In this document: positions 28,149-38,394 of the stretch, piece by piece
Position numbering within the stretch: position 1 is the first letter of the stretch
Layout: each line of letters starts with the position of its first letter
NCBI GenBank assembly: GCA_002937895.1
Contig: PTKV01000002.1
Location: 2,019-66,018, forward strand
From: Alphaproteobacteria bacterium MarineAlpha5_Bin9
GTDB lineage: Bacteria; Pseudomonadota; Alphaproteobacteria; HIMB59; GCA-002718135
Direction: 5' to 3'
Length of the DNA stretch: 64,000 nucleotides
Position numbers and translations under genes: made by a program
Notes under the pieces: generated by a model
What the model was told of the DNA's origin: nothing
What the model saw: the letters and a program-made list of their open reading frames with translations, nothing else
Databases searched by the model: none

Positions 28149-29456
28149 TTATATTGAATATATAATTGGATTTTTAACTATTGGTTTATCAGAAATAATA
28201 AAACATTCTTGAATTTTTTCATAAAATACATCTATTTCTTCTTTTGTTTTAGCATGAACAGTTAATAATGGTGTTTTCTTATCAACCTTTGAATTACATT
28301 CTAAAACATTTTCAAAGCCTACATAATAATCTATTTTCTGATCGGCCTTCTTTCTTCCGCCTCCAAGATTAACTAATATTAAAGCAAGCTTTCTTAAACT
28401 AATATAATTAACAAAACCATTTTGAGAAGAAAAAATATCTTTCTTATAATATGAATTATTAAGATCTTTTTGATATGAATTTATAAAATTTGTTTTTCCT
28501 CCAAGAGAAAAAACCATTTTTTCAAATTTTTCTGCAGCTCTACCATTGTCAACATTTTCATTTATAATTTTGAGAGCTTCTTTTTTTGGTATATTTTTTA
28601 CCATCGAAAGTAAACTTGATGACAATTCATTTGTAACTACTTCTAATCTCTCATTTTTATTTTTATTAATTAAATATTCTATAGCCTCTTTTATTTCAAT
28701 TGAATGACCTGCATTAAAACCTAAAACCTGATTCATATCAGTAATAATAGCTTTACAATTTAAGCCTGCTCCCCTAGCTACTTTTATCAAACTATCAGCA
28801 AGTTCTTTTGCTACTTCTTTGTTTGCATTAAAAGAACCATCTCCTGTTTTAACATCAATAATAAGATTTTTTAATCCAGCAGAAATTTTTTTAGAAAGAA
28901 TCGATGATGTAATAAGTGGTAAAGATTCAACCGTACCAACAACATCTCTGATTGCATATAGTTTTTTATCTGCTGGGGCTAAATGTTCAGTTTGTCCAAT
29001 AATAGCACAGCCAACTTCTTTTACAACTTTTTGAAATAATTTTATTCCAGGTCTTGTATTATATCCAGGAATCGATTCAAATTTATCTAAAGTTCCGCCT
29101 GTATGACCTAGTCCTCGACCAGAAATCATTGGAACGTAGACTCCACATGCAGCTAGAATTGGTGCTAAAATAATACTAACCTTATCTCCAACTCCTCCTG
29201 TTGAATGTTTATCGCAAACCAACTCTGGATCTAAATAATTTTTCCAATCTAAAATATCACCTGAGTTTGTCATTTCTTTAGTAAGTTGAATTGTTTCATG
29301 TTCAGATAAACCATTTAAAAAAATAGCCATAGATAAAGAGGCTATCTGTTCATCAGAAAAATCTCCACTTATTATACCGCCAACAAAATTATGAATATCC
29401 TGATCTGAAAGACTTAATTTATTTCTTTTTTTCCTAATTATTTCTTGTGGTATCAT
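28149..29456 (-). CDS. deoA: thymidine / pyrimidine-nucleoside phosphorylase
   Basis: DKHSTGGVGDK, MISGRGLGHTGGTLDK, APADK-LYAIRD, SILSKK. Confidence 0.92.
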   Translation of the reverse strand: MIPQEIIRKKRNKLSLSDQDIHNFVGGIISGDFSDEQIASLSMAIFLNGLSEHETIQLTKEMTNSGDILDWKNYLDPELVCDKHSTGGVGDKVSIILAPILAACGVYVPMISGRGLGHTGGTLDKFESIPGYNTRPGIKLFQKVVKEVGCAIIGQTEHLAPADKKLYAIRDVVGTVESLPLITSSILSKKISAGLKNLIIDVKTGDGSFNANKEVAKELADSLIKVARGAGLNCKAIITDMNQVLGFNAGHSIEIKEAIEYLINKNKNERLEVVTNELSSSLLSMVKNIPKKEALKIINENVDNGRAAEKFEKMVFSLGGKTNFINSYQKDLNNSYYKKDIFSSQNGFVNYISLRKLALILVNLGGGRKKADQKIDYYVGFENVLECNSKVDKKTPLLTVHAKTKEEIDVFYEKIQECFIISDKPIVKNPIIYSI

Positions 29457-30264
29457 AAAATATTAATTCTTTAATAAAATTTTTAATTAGCTTTAAGATT
29501 TTTTTTTCAACTAGTGCAGCTTGCTCAAGAGTTTCTTTGTGACTTAGTTTGTTTTTAGATATTCCTGCAGCTTGATTAGTAATGACACTTAAGGCCACAA
29601 CTGGCAATGAGCAATGATTTGCTATAATAACCTCTGGAACAGTTGACATTCCAACAGCAGATACTCCCAAAGTTCTCATTGCTTTTATTTCTGCAGGTGT
29701 TTCAAAACTTGGTCCAGAAAACATACAATAAGTCCCTTCGTAAATTTTCTGATTAATTTTTTTAGCAATTTTCTTGAGTTGTTTGCGATAAAACTTATCA
29801 TAGGGATCACTCATATCAGAAAATCTAGGTCCATAATCATCTTCATTAGGGCCTATTAAAGGGTTAAAACCACTCCAATTTATATGATCTTTGATAGACA
29901 TTATACTTCCTGGCTTAATACTTTTATGAATACTCCCAGCAGCATTTGTAATTATTATTAATTTACAACCTATATCTTTTAAAAATCTAATAGGAGTTTT
30001 TAAAGAGTTTGTGTTGATGCCTTCATAAATATGAGACCTTCCATGCAAACAAAGTATATTATGAGATTTAATTTTACCTAACACAACTTTACCTAAATGG
30101 CCTTTTACTGTTGGCTCGGGAAAGTTGGGTAATTCTCTATATGATATTAATTTTATAATATTTTTTTTTTCGAAAAAATTTGTAAGTCCACTTCCCAAAA
30201 TTACAGCTACGTCTGGTTTAATATTTTTAGTTTTTTTTAAAAAAACTTTGGATGACTTAAGCAT
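29434..30264 (-). CDS. punA: purine-nucleoside phosphorylase (trimeric type)
   Basis: ILGSGL, GH-G, GRSHIYEG, TNAAG, GPSFETPAE, VGMSTVPE. Confidence 0.9.
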   Translation of the reverse strand: MLKSSKVFLKKTKNIKPDVAVILGSGLTNFFEKKNIIKLISYRELPNFPEPTVKGHLGKVVLGKIKSHNILCLHGRSHIYEGINTNSLKTPIRFLKDIGCKLIIITNAAGSIHKSIKPGSIMSIKDHINWSGFNPLIGPNEDDYGPRFSDMSDPYDKFYRKQLKKIAKKINQKIYEGTYCMFSGPSFETPAEIKAMRTLGVSAVGMSTVPEVIIANHCSLPVVALSVITNQAAGISKNKLSHKETLEQAALVEKKILKLIKNFIKELIFYDTTRNN

Positions 30265-30677
30265 TACAAATTTTCAGGACCAAAAGAATCCGGTAACAAA
30301 TCGCTAAGTTTTAAGGTTTTAATATGTCCTTTAGTATTACAAATATGTATTGGTATTGTCAAAGATGCAAATTCTCTTATACGTTGTCTACATCCACCAC
30401 ATGGAGAACAAGGCAAATCACCTGATCCAATAACAAGTAATTCTAAAATATTTTTTTGACCACTGCTAACCATTGATCCTATGGCGCTTGCCTCAGCACA
30501 CTGAGACTGGGGGTAAGCTGCATTTTCAACATTACACCCTGAAAAAATAATATTTTTGTTTGTTAATATAGAGGCTCCAACTTTAAATTTAGAATAAGGA
30601 ACGTGAGCATTATCCCTAACCTTTTTAGCAGCTATAAATAATTTCTTGAAATAAGTTGATTGGGGTTCTGAAATCAT
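30264..30677 (-). CDS. cdd: cytidine deaminase
   Basis: PYSKFKVGA, GCNVENA, CAE, PCGGCRQ, LLP-SF. Confidence 0.93.
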   Translation of the reverse strand: MISEPQSTYFKKLFIAAKKVRDNAHVPYSKFKVGASILTNKNIIFSGCNVENAAYPQSQCAEASAIGSMVSSGQKNILELLVIGSGDLPCSPCGGCRQRIREFASLTIPIHICNTKGHIKTLKLSDLLPDSFGPENL

Positions 30678-30719
30678 ATTTATTCTTTATAATTGAAAAA
30701 TTAGATAGGTCTAATAATT

Positions 30720-31568
30720 TTATTCTTTATTATATAAAATTATAGCTACACTAATAAGAACAACAGCTCCTCCGATAAAAACTTGATTTTCTGGCCTTTC
30801 TCCTAAAAAAATTATAGCAGTTAAAACGCCAATTATTGGTAAAAGCAAATGAGCTGAGATAACTTTATTTACAGGATATTTGCCTAAGACATAGTACCAC
30901 GTACTATATCCAACTATATTCATCATAATGCCCAAATAAATTACAATTAACCAAGAATTTAAATTTGCAGAATAAATATAATTAAAACTATTTCCGTCAT
31001 AAAAATAAGAAGCTAGTATTAGTTGAGGTCCAGCTAGTATTCCTAGCCATGCCGTTAAATGGATTCCATTCATTGTTTGACTAACTGGCTTAGCAATAAC
31101 TTGTCCGACTGACCAAGTTAATGCCCCTCCCAATACCAATAAAACTCCTTCAATTTTATTCTCAAGAGTTGGTGAACCTGTTAAAATATATAAACCACAA
31201 AAAGCAAATAAAAGTGCTATTAAATTTATTTTTTTAGGTTTTTCTTTTAAAAAAATCATTGCTATTAAAACCCCAAAAGGAACTTCTGACTGAACTAATA
31301 AAACAGCTGAAGAAGCTTCAATCAAATTTAATCCAGAAAAAGTCAAAGTGTATTGGATTGTACATCCAATAAAAGAAATTAATAATAAGTGCCAAATTTT
31401 TTCTTTAGGAAATGGAAACCACCAACAAAGAATAATTCCTGTAATGCTCCACCTCAAACCATTAAGAAGCATAGGCGGAAAATATTCCATTGCTGGCTTA
31501 GAAATTACAAAACCGACGCCCCACAAAAATGGGACAGATATTGTTAATAATAAATCACGATATGGCAC
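30720..31568 (-). CDS. DMT/EamA family transporter
   Basis: About 10 TM segments; LWG-GF, VLLVQSEVPF, FLGE. Confidence 0.85.
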   Translation of the reverse strand: MPYRDLLLTISVPFLWGVGFVISKPAMEYFPPMLLNGLRWSITGIILCWWFPFPKEKIWHLLLISFIGCTIQYTLTFSGLNLIEASSAVLLVQSEVPFGVLIAMIFLKEKPKKINLIALLFAFCGLYILTGSPTLENKIEGVLLVLGGALTWSVGQVIAKPVSQTMNGIHLTAWLGILAGPQLILASYFYDGNSFNYIYSANLNSWLIVIYLGIMMNIVGYSTWYYVLGKYPVNKVISAHLLLPIIGVLTAIIFLGERPENQVFIGGAVVLISVAIILYNKE

Positions 31569-31599
31569 AAATAATACCTTAAAAAATTAATAATGCTTT

Positions 31600-33204
31600 T
31601 TAGTTTAACAAATCATAAGCGGGAAGAGTTAAAAATTCTTCAAATTCACTGGATTTGATCATTTTATCAAAAATTTCTTTTGCTTCTTTAAATCTTCTTT
31701 CTTGATAATTGTTGTTACCTATAAAAGTTTTGATTTTTGTTAATTCCTCTTCGGCTAACTTTTCATAATAATCTAAATTAACAATCTTTCCTTCTTTTGT
31801 GATAGCTTTATGATTAAGCCATTGCCATATTTGAGCTCTAGAAATTTCAGCAGTTGCAGCATCTTCCATTAAATTGTTAAGAGGAACACACCCATTACCT
31901 CTTAGCCATGACTCGATATACAATAAACCTATACTAATATTATTTCGAATTCCATTTTCTGTTATTACACCAACTCTTCCTCCTGATGTTTTAACAGGAA
32001 GCTTTAACAAATCACTAGCTTTTACGTCTATATCCTCTCTTAAATTACCTAATTGATTCTTAAAAGCTAGTTGAGCATCAAACACATCTTTGGCTATTTT
32101 GACCAGCCCCGGATGAGCCACCCATGTTCCATCATGACCATTATATGCTTCTATTAATTTATCATCATAAACTTTTTGAATAGATTTATTGTTTTTTTCA
32201 TCATCATTTTTTATAGGAATTTGAGCTGCCATGCCGCCTATTGCATGAGCTCTTCTTCTATGACAAGTTTTTATTAACAACTCACTATACGATTTCATAA
32301 AATGAACCCTCATACTAACCAAAGACCTGTCAGGTAAAATAAAGTTCTTATTTTTTTTGAATTTTTTAATAAAAGAAAATATATAATCCCATCTTCCACA
32401 GTTTAAACCTACAATATTCTCTTTAAGTTCATATAAAATTTCATCCATTTCAAATGCTGCTAGTATAGTTTCAATTAGAACTGTGCTCTTAATGGTTCCA
32501 GATTCAAGATTAAATTTTTTTTCTGTAAATTTAAATATCTCTGACCAAAGCCTTGCCTCTTTATGATTTTCCATTTTTGGTAAATAAAAATAAGGACCAG
32601 TTTTTTTGTGCAAAAGATTTTTATAATTGTTAAAAAAATAAGTTGCAAAATCAAAAATTGATGCAGAAACAGAAGAATTGTTGATTTTAAAATTTTTTTC
32701 AACTAAATGCCACCCTCTTGGTCTAACTATTAAAACAGCGTGTTGCTTATTTAGTTTGTATTCTTTGTTATTTTTTTTATCTATAAAATTAATTTGATTT
32801 TTATTAGCAAGATATAAATTATAATGTCCACTAATAATATTGTCCCAAGTTGGTGATAGAGAATCTTCAAAATCGGCCATAAAAGTTTGAGCCCCTGAAT
32901 TAAGAGCATTTACAATCATCTTTCTAGCAGGTGGTCCTGTAATTTCTACTCTCCTATCTAGCAAATCATGGGGTGTAGATTTAATTTTCCAATTAGACTC
33001 TCTGATTGATTTTGTTTCCTCAAGAAAATCAGGAAGCCACCCTAAGTCAATTTTTTTTTGAATTTGAACTCTTGACTCTAAAAGTTGTTTTCTTTTTTTT
33101 TCAAACAAGGAGTCAAGCTCTGCAATAAAAGAAAGGCAGTCTTTTGTAAAAATTTTTTTAATATTTGTGTCTTTTATCTCTTTTAATAGAAAATTATTAG
33201 TCAT
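31600..33204 (-). CDS. aceB: malate synthase A
   Basis: 534 aa; DRRVEITGP, MADFEDS, RPRGWHL, GPYFYLPK, LNCGRWDYIFS, GHDGTWVAHP, MEDAATAEISR. Confidence 0.95.
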   Translation of the reverse strand: MTNNFLLKEIKDTNIKKIFTKDCLSFIAELDSLFEKKRKQLLESRVQIQKKIDLGWLPDFLEETKSIRESNWKIKSTPHDLLDRRVEITGPPARKMIVNALNSGAQTFMADFEDSLSPTWDNIISGHYNLYLANKNQINFIDKKNNKEYKLNKQHAVLIVRPRGWHLVEKNFKINNSSVSASIFDFATYFFNNYKNLLHKKTGPYFYLPKMENHKEARLWSEIFKFTEKKFNLESGTIKSTVLIETILAAFEMDEILYELKENIVGLNCGRWDYIFSFIKKFKKNKNFILPDRSLVSMRVHFMKSYSELLIKTCHRRRAHAIGGMAAQIPIKNDDEKNNKSIQKVYDDKLIEAYNGHDGTWVAHPGLVKIAKDVFDAQLAFKNQLGNLREDIDVKASDLLKLPVKTSGGRVGVITENGIRNNISIGLLYIESWLRGNGCVPLNNLMEDAATAEISRAQIWQWLNHKAITKEGKIVNLDYYEKLAEEELTKIKTFIGNNNYQERRFKEAKEIFDKMIKSSEFEEFLTLPAYDLLN

Positions 33205-33304
33205 TATATTCTATATATCTATAAACCTTATAATTAAAAATATATAGACCTATGATATAAGAACCTCTATAAAAAAAGCTATATAAAGGATAAATTAATT
33301 AAAT

Positions 33305-33628
33305 ATGAATACATTTGATGAAAGAAAAAAAGGATTTGAGGCCAAATATATTAATGATCAAGAATCTGAATTTAAAATAAGAGCTAAAAGGAATAAATTG
33401 ATTGGTCTTTGGGCAGCTGAAATTATTAAACCTTCAAATGTTGACGAATATGTTAAACAAGTAAGATTGTCAGATTTAGAAGAGCCCGGAGACGAGGATA
33501 TAATAAAAAAGCTATTAGATGATTTTGAAAATTCTAGTCAAAAAATTTCTAGAAATGTAATTGAGGAAAAATTAATAGAGCTTGAAAATTTGGCTTCAGA
33601 AGAATTTTTTAATAAAAAAAATAATTAA
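33305..33628 (+). CDS. F1Fo ATPase inhibitor zeta subunit (DUF1476)
   Basis: MNTFDERKKGFEAKY…EFK-RAKRNKLIGLWAAE, D-EEPGDED. Confidence 0.88.
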   Translation: MNTFDERKKGFEAKYINDQESEFKIRAKRNKLIGLWAAEIIKPSNVDEYVKQVRLSDLEEPGDEDIIKKLLDDFENSSQKISRNVIEEKLIELENLASEEFFNKKNN

Positions 33629-33638
33629 TAATTTTTAT

Positions 33639-34298
33639 ATGAATAATTATACCTCCATAGATCTTAAAATTTGTGGGATTACATCATCTGAATCTATTAT
33701 AACAGCATCTGAAAACAACATTAAAACACTTGGTTTTGCTAGTAACAATTTGTTAGGACCAAATACTTGTGATGATGAGAGCATAAAAGAATTAATTAAA
33801 GAATGCAATGAATACAAAATAGAAACTGTTCTTCTCTCAAGATATCAAAGCACATTAGAATTGATCAAACAAATTGATTATACAAAACCTAAGACAATTG
33901 CCTGTTCATATTTTTTTGAAAAAAGCGATCTTATTACCTTAAAAACAGTTTTTAAAAAATTAAGAATTGGAATTTCGGTAAACCCAGAAACATTCAATTT
34001 TGACTATTTTAAATCAATAGAAAAATTAATAAATGTATTTTATTATGATCTTAATGTTTACACTAAAAATAATATTAAAACATTTACAGTTGAAGAGAGT
34101 AAAAATCAGATTTTAAAACTAAAAAAACTCCATAAAACAATTTATGTAGGAGGAGGAGTTGATGAAAAAAATGCAGAAGCAATAATTAAACACACCCAAC
34201 CCAATGGAATAGATATCTCTAGAGGAATTAAAGATCAAAACAACAATTTGTGTGAAAACAAACTTAATAATTTGCTAAAGATCCTATCTGCCTCTTAA
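33639..34298 (+). CDS. divergent TrpF-like TIM-barrel protein
   Basis: LKICGIT at the N-terminus, VGGGV, GIDISRGI; lacks QLHG. Start set at ATG 33639, after the DUF1476 stop. Confidence 0.6.
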   Translation: MNNYTSIDLKICGITSSESIITASENNIKTLGFASNNLLGPNTCDDESIKELIKECNEYKIETVLLSRYQSTLELIKQIDYTKPKTIACSYFFEKSDLITLKTVFKKLRIGISVNPETFNFDYFKSIEKLINVFYYDLNVYTKNNIKTFTVEESKNQILKLKKLHKTIYVGGGVDEKNAEAIIKHTQPNGIDISRGIKDQNNNLCENKLNNLLKILSAS

Positions 34299-34776
34299 TA
34301 ACCTTAAAAACATACTTTTTATCAAGATCTTTATATAAATTAATCAAAGATCGTTTTTTAACAGGATGGATAAAATGTGGATTTATTTCAATTAATGGCA
34401 TCAAAACGAAATCTCTTAGATGTGCTTGACTATGGGGAATTTTCAATTTTTTTTCAGATAAGTTTAATTTGTTATAAAAAATTATATCTAAATCAATTCT
34501 TCTTGGTCCATTTTTTATTGTCTTATTTTTCATCATTATTTTTTCTATCAATTCTATTTTTTGTAACAAATTATATGGAGTTTCATTTGTTTGAAATTCT
34601 ATTACAGAATTAAAAAAATTTTTTTGATTTTTAAAACCATAGGGATAGGAAACATAAGTAGAAGACAACTTAGTTATAATGCCATACTTTGATAAATGTT
34701 TCAAAGCCTGATTAAAATTGATTTTCCAATCCCCAATATTTGATCCTACAGCTATATACGTTTTATTTAGATACAC
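34264..34776 (-). CDS. folK: 2-amino-4-hydroxy-6-hydroxymethyldihydropteridine diphosphokinase
   Basis: YIAVGSN-G, NGPRRIDLDI, IPH…RDFVL-PL. Confidence 0.92.
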   Translation of the reverse strand: MYLNKTYIAVGSNIGDWKINFNQALKHLSKYGIITKLSSTYVSYPYGFKNQKNFFNSVIEFQTNETPYNLLQKIELIEKIMMKNKTIKNGPRRIDLDIIFYNKLNLSEKKLKIPHSQAHLRDFVLMPLIEINPHFIHPVKKRSLINLYKDLDKKYVFKVIKRQIGSLANY

Positions 34777-35104
34777 TGATTGATGAGCATTTTTTTAATT
34801 TAGAAATTTTGGGTTTTTCAACTTCAACAAAAACCTTTGTAACTTTAAATTTTTTTTTAATTTTATATGAGCATTCACTTATTAATTTTTCTAAAGTAAA
34901 ATAACTAGAATGAGCTAAAAAATTATTTATAAAAATTATTACATCTGAATAACTAATTAAAGATTTTATATTATCTAAATTATTATTTTTAGGTTTATAA
35001 AAAAAATCAACTGAAATATATATCGGTTGCTTTTTTTCTCTTTCTTTTACAGAAGTTCCTATTTTTACCATTACTTTTAATTTTTTTATTTTTATCTTGA
35101 ACAT
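34763..35104 (-). CDS. folB: dihydroneopterin aldolase
   Basis: IG-x3-EREKKQ, ISYS, TLEKL, VEKP; lies between folP and folK. Confidence 0.8.
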   Translation of the reverse strand: MFKIKIKKLKVMVKIGTSVKEREKKQPIYISVDFFYKPKNNNLDNIKSLISYSDVIIFINNFLAHSSYFTLEKLISECSYKIKKKFKVTKVFVEVEKPKISKLKKCSSISVSK

Positions 35105-35889
35105 AAAATTTTATTATAAATTTCTATAGCTTGTTTAGTTTCTAAAACATCATGAACTCTAATAATATCTACTCCTTGTGTAAATGCATAAAGAGCTGAA
35201 GCTATAGATCCTCCTAATCTATCACTAACATTTGAATTATCAATTTTATTTATCCAGCTTTTTCTTGAAGAGCCTATGACTAAACCATATTTTTGTATTC
35301 TTAATTTTTTTAAATTCTTTAAAATAAGCAAATTTTGATTTAGATTTTTTCCAAAGCCTATTCCTGGATCAAACCAAACTTTTTTATTTGAAATTTTATT
35401 TTTTTTTAATTTATCTGTAATTTTAAGAAAATATTTTTTAATATCTGTTAATACATTATTATATGAATTAGTTTTGCTTTGCATTATTTTTGGTGATCCA
35501 GGGGTATGCATTAAAATTAGACCATTTTTATATTTTTTTGAAAGTTTAAATAAATCATTACTCCCACCATAAATATCATTGATAAAATGTGCGCCATTTT
35601 TAAGAGCAAATTCTTGAGTTTCTAATTTATTAGTATCTATTGATATAAAAAATTTATTTTTTGGTAAAACTTTTAGAATTGGTGCTAGTTTTTTTATTTC
35701 ACGATTATAAGAAATAGGTTCACTTCCTGGCCTAGTACTTTCTGCTCCAATATCAATAATATCTGCGCCACAATTATACATGTTTTGAATATGTTTAAGT
35801 GCATCAACTTTTGTAAAAGCTTTTCCTCCATCACTAAAAGAATCTTTTGTTACATTGCATATTCCCATGATTAATGGTTTTTTTTTCAT
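35092..35889 (-). CDS. folP: dihydropteroate synthase
   Basis: MGICNVT-DSFSDGG, DIGAESTRPG, DPGIGFGK, SRKS, RVHDV. Confidence 0.95.
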   Translation of the reverse strand: MKKKPLIMGICNVTKDSFSDGGKAFTKVDALKHIQNMYNCGADIIDIGAESTRPGSEPISYNREIKKLAPILKVLPKNKFFISIDTNKLETQEFALKNGAHFINDIYGGSNDLFKLSKKYKNGLILMHTPGSPKIMQSKTNSYNNVLTDIKKYFLKITDKLKKNKISNKKVWFDPGIGFGKNLNQNLLILKNLKKLRIQKYGLVIGSSRKSWINKIDNSNVSDRLGGSIASALYAFTQGVDIIRVHDVLETKQAIEIYNKILCSR

Positions 35890-35893
35890 AATT

Positions 35894-36664
35894 TTACTTT
35901 TGTCTCTTTGAAAGAGTTTTGTTTATATACGATTTATAGAATTGATAAAACTTATTATAAAATAAATTATCTCTTTTTTTCCATCCAATTTGTGGAATCT
36001 CATCAACAGAAACTACCCCTCTGCCAGAACCTAATAAAATAATTTCATCATAATTGTTTAAGTTTTGTAAAAAAATATTCTTTTTTTTTATTTTAAATTT
36101 TTTACTAAAAAATTTTAATGAGATACCATGGTAACAACCCTCTTTTGGTGTCAAAATTTGATTTTTATAAATAAAAACTATATTAGTTGTGCTTCCTTCT
36201 AATATTATTTTATTTTTATAAAAAATACATTCTGTGTTTCTATTATTGACTAATTTTAAAAAATCAAAAGTTTTTTTGTATTTCAAATTTTTGATTTTAT
36301 AATTTGGTCTTTGATAATTTATCAAAACACATTTAACATAATTTGTATTATAATTTATTTTTCTTAAAGATATTGATATTGTTTTTGTTGACACAGCCAC
36401 ACGAAACAAGTGATGGTATTTAATATTATTTTTAAAATTTTTTTTAATGAAAGAATTTAAGAATGGTTTTAAATTAACTTTGACTCCAATTTTTTTTAAA
36501 GATCTTGTTAAATTATAAATATGTTCATCAAAATGTAAAAATTTTTTTGATCTTCCATAAACAGCAACAGACGTAAAAGCTCCTTTTTTATTCCATAAAT
36601 AATCAAATGGTTTTTCTTTATAATTATTATGCGAATATGATTTTTTGAATAATATTTTTTCCAT
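35894..36664 (-). CDS. pabC: aminotransferase class IV, probable aminodeoxychorismate lyase
   Basis: H-x-NL-RS, KIKNL-Y (PLP Lys), ILEGSTTN, HGIS; located in the PABA/folate operon. Confidence 0.65.
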   Translation of the reverse strand: MEKILFKKSYSHNNYKEKPFDYLWNKKGAFTSVAVYGRSKKFLHFDEHIYNLTRSLKKIGVKVNLKPFLNSFIKKNFKNNIKYHHLFRVAVSTKTISISLRKINYNTNYVKCVLINYQRPNYKIKNLKYKKTFDFLKLVNNRNTECIFYKNKIILEGSTTNIVFIYKNQILTPKEGCYHGISLKFFSKKFKIKKKNIFLQNLNNYDEIILLGSGRGVVSVDEIPQIGWKKRDNLFYNKFYQFYKSYINKTLSKRQK

Positions 36665-37184
36665 TTTTAGTTAAAAAAGATTCAGGATGAAATTGAAAAC
36701 CATAAACTTTATTAATATTATCTTCAAAGGCCATAGCAACTTTTGTAGTGGTGCACCTCATGGTAATTTTAATTTGATCAGAATAATATGGCTCAAATAA
36801 TTTTAAAGAATGATATCTGCCTACAGTATAAATAGTTTTATGTTTAAAAAGTTTACTATTCTTTAAAACAATTATTTTTGATTGATGACCGTGATAAATT
36901 TTTTTTTGCTGACAAATTTTTCCTTTTTCATTAAATAAAATTTGCTGAAACCCAAGACAAATTCCTAAAAGCTTTTTTTTGGATTTAAACCTATTATAAA
37001 TATCTGATGTAATAGGATAATCTTTTGGCTCTCCCGGACCTGGAGAAAAAACTACTAAATTTGATTTGGACAGTTTCCTATAATTTATATCAAAATAGTT
37101 GCTTACATACACTTCATCAAACTTACTTAAAAGATGAACTAGATTAAAAGTAAAGGAATCTTGATGATCAATAATATATATCAT
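36627..37184 (-). CDS. pabA: aminodeoxychorismate synthase glutamine amidotransferase subunit
   Basis: IDHQDSFTFNL, SPGPG-P, GICLG-Q, RYHSL, QFHPES. Confidence 0.88.
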   Translation of the reverse strand: MIYIIDHQDSFTFNLVHLLSKFDEVYVSNYFDINYRKLSKSNLVVFSPGPGEPKDYPITSDIYNRFKSKKKLLGICLGFQQILFNEKGKICQQKKIYHGHQSKIIVLKNSKLFKHKTIYTVGRYHSLKLFEPYYSDQIKITMRCTTTKVAMAFEDNINKVYGFQFHPESFLTKNGKNIIQKIIFA

Positions 37185-38383
37185 TTTTTAAACAAATTTA
37201 TTAAGGATTTAGCTTTAATATAATTTTCATTATACTCTGCTTTAGCTTTACTTCCTACTACTACACCACTTGCGGCAGAAATTTCCGATTTGCCTTTATA
37301 ATGTAAAATGGATCTTATTATAACATTAAATCTCATATCTAAATTTGTTTTAATATATCCAAAACTTCCAGTAAAAATGTTTCTATTTTCAATTTCATAA
37401 TTATTGAGTAAATTTAATGTATTTATTTTTGGACACCCTATAACAGATCCGCCTGGCATCATAGCCTGAATAATTTTTTTTGTGGAAATATTTTTTTTTA
37501 ATATACCAGAAATTTTTGTTATACAATGATACAAATCTTTATATTCCTCAATGTATTTTAATTTTTTTATTTTTACAGTTCCATTTTTACATATTTTAGA
37601 TAAATCATTTCTTTCCATATCTACGATCATGTTGTGTTCTTTTGACTCTTTAATATTATTTTTAAAATACTTCTTCGCTTTTGCTAAACTGCTTTTTTTA
37701 TTTTTTTTCATTGTTCCAGCTATAGGCTTTGTTATTAAAATATCATTTTTTCTTTCTATAAGCGTTTCAGGTGAACAACTAATGATAGAATAATTAGTGT
37801 CTCTAATAAAAAATGCCTCGGGAGAAGGATTAGTTTTCATTAACTTTACGAACAATGAAAAAGAATTTATTTTGGATTTATTAATATATTTTTGACAAAT
37901 TTTAATTTGATAAGTTTCTCCATTCTTAATTTTTTTTACAAATTTGTTAAATACTTTAGTATAATTTTTTAGAGATAGATTGACTTTAAAACTTGAACTA
38001 TGTTTAATTTTCAAACTATAATTATTTATAAAAGATTCTTTTAAAAATATAACGTTTTTTGGTTTATAAAATATTCCCATTGGAAAACTATTATTTTTTT
38101 GCTTAATTATTTTTATTCCTATAAGATTGCATAAAATCTCATATCCAAAAAAACCAACATATCCAAAATGTTTTTTATTTTTTTGATTTTGAACTTTTAT
38201 AAAAAATTGATTTATGTTTTTCCTACTTAAAATAATTTTTTCACTAAAATCACTAAAAAGATAGTAACCTCTTTTTATCTTATAAATAATAATAGGTTTA
38301 TCTGAGTGAATTAATTTATTTAAGTATGTTTTGGACAAATTTTCCTCATTTTTATTGTAAAATTTATTATTTCGTTTTATCAT
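37181..38383 (-). CDS. pabB: aminodeoxychorismate synthase component I
   Basis: GETYQ, SPETL, KPIAGT, EHNMIVDMERND, PGGSVIGCPK, V-IRS; first gene of the folate operon. Confidence 0.82.
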   Translation of the reverse strand: MIKRNNKFYNKNEENLSKTYLNKLIHSDKPIIIYKIKRGYYLFSDFSEKIILSRKNINQFFIKVQNQKNKKHFGYVGFFGYEILCNLIGIKIIKQKNNSFPMGIFYKPKNVIFLKESFINNYSLKIKHSSSFKVNLSLKNYTKVFNKFVKKIKNGETYQIKICQKYINKSKINSFSLFVKLMKTNPSPEAFFIRDTNYSIISCSPETLIERKNDILITKPIAGTMKKNKKSSLAKAKKYFKNNIKESKEHNMIVDMERNDLSKICKNGTVKIKKLKYIEEYKDLYHCITKISGILKKNISTKKIIQAMMPGGSVIGCPKINTLNLLNNYEIENRNIFTGSFGYIKTNLDMRFNVIIRSILHYKGKSEISAASGVVVGSKAKAEYNENYIKAKSLINLFKK

Positions 38384-38394
38384 TATTTTATTAT

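Noticed and set aside
33205-33304. Possible glycine riboswitch upstream of malate synthase, as in Pelagibacter glcB
   Set aside because: The 100-bp spacer is almost pure A/T with no aptamer stems.
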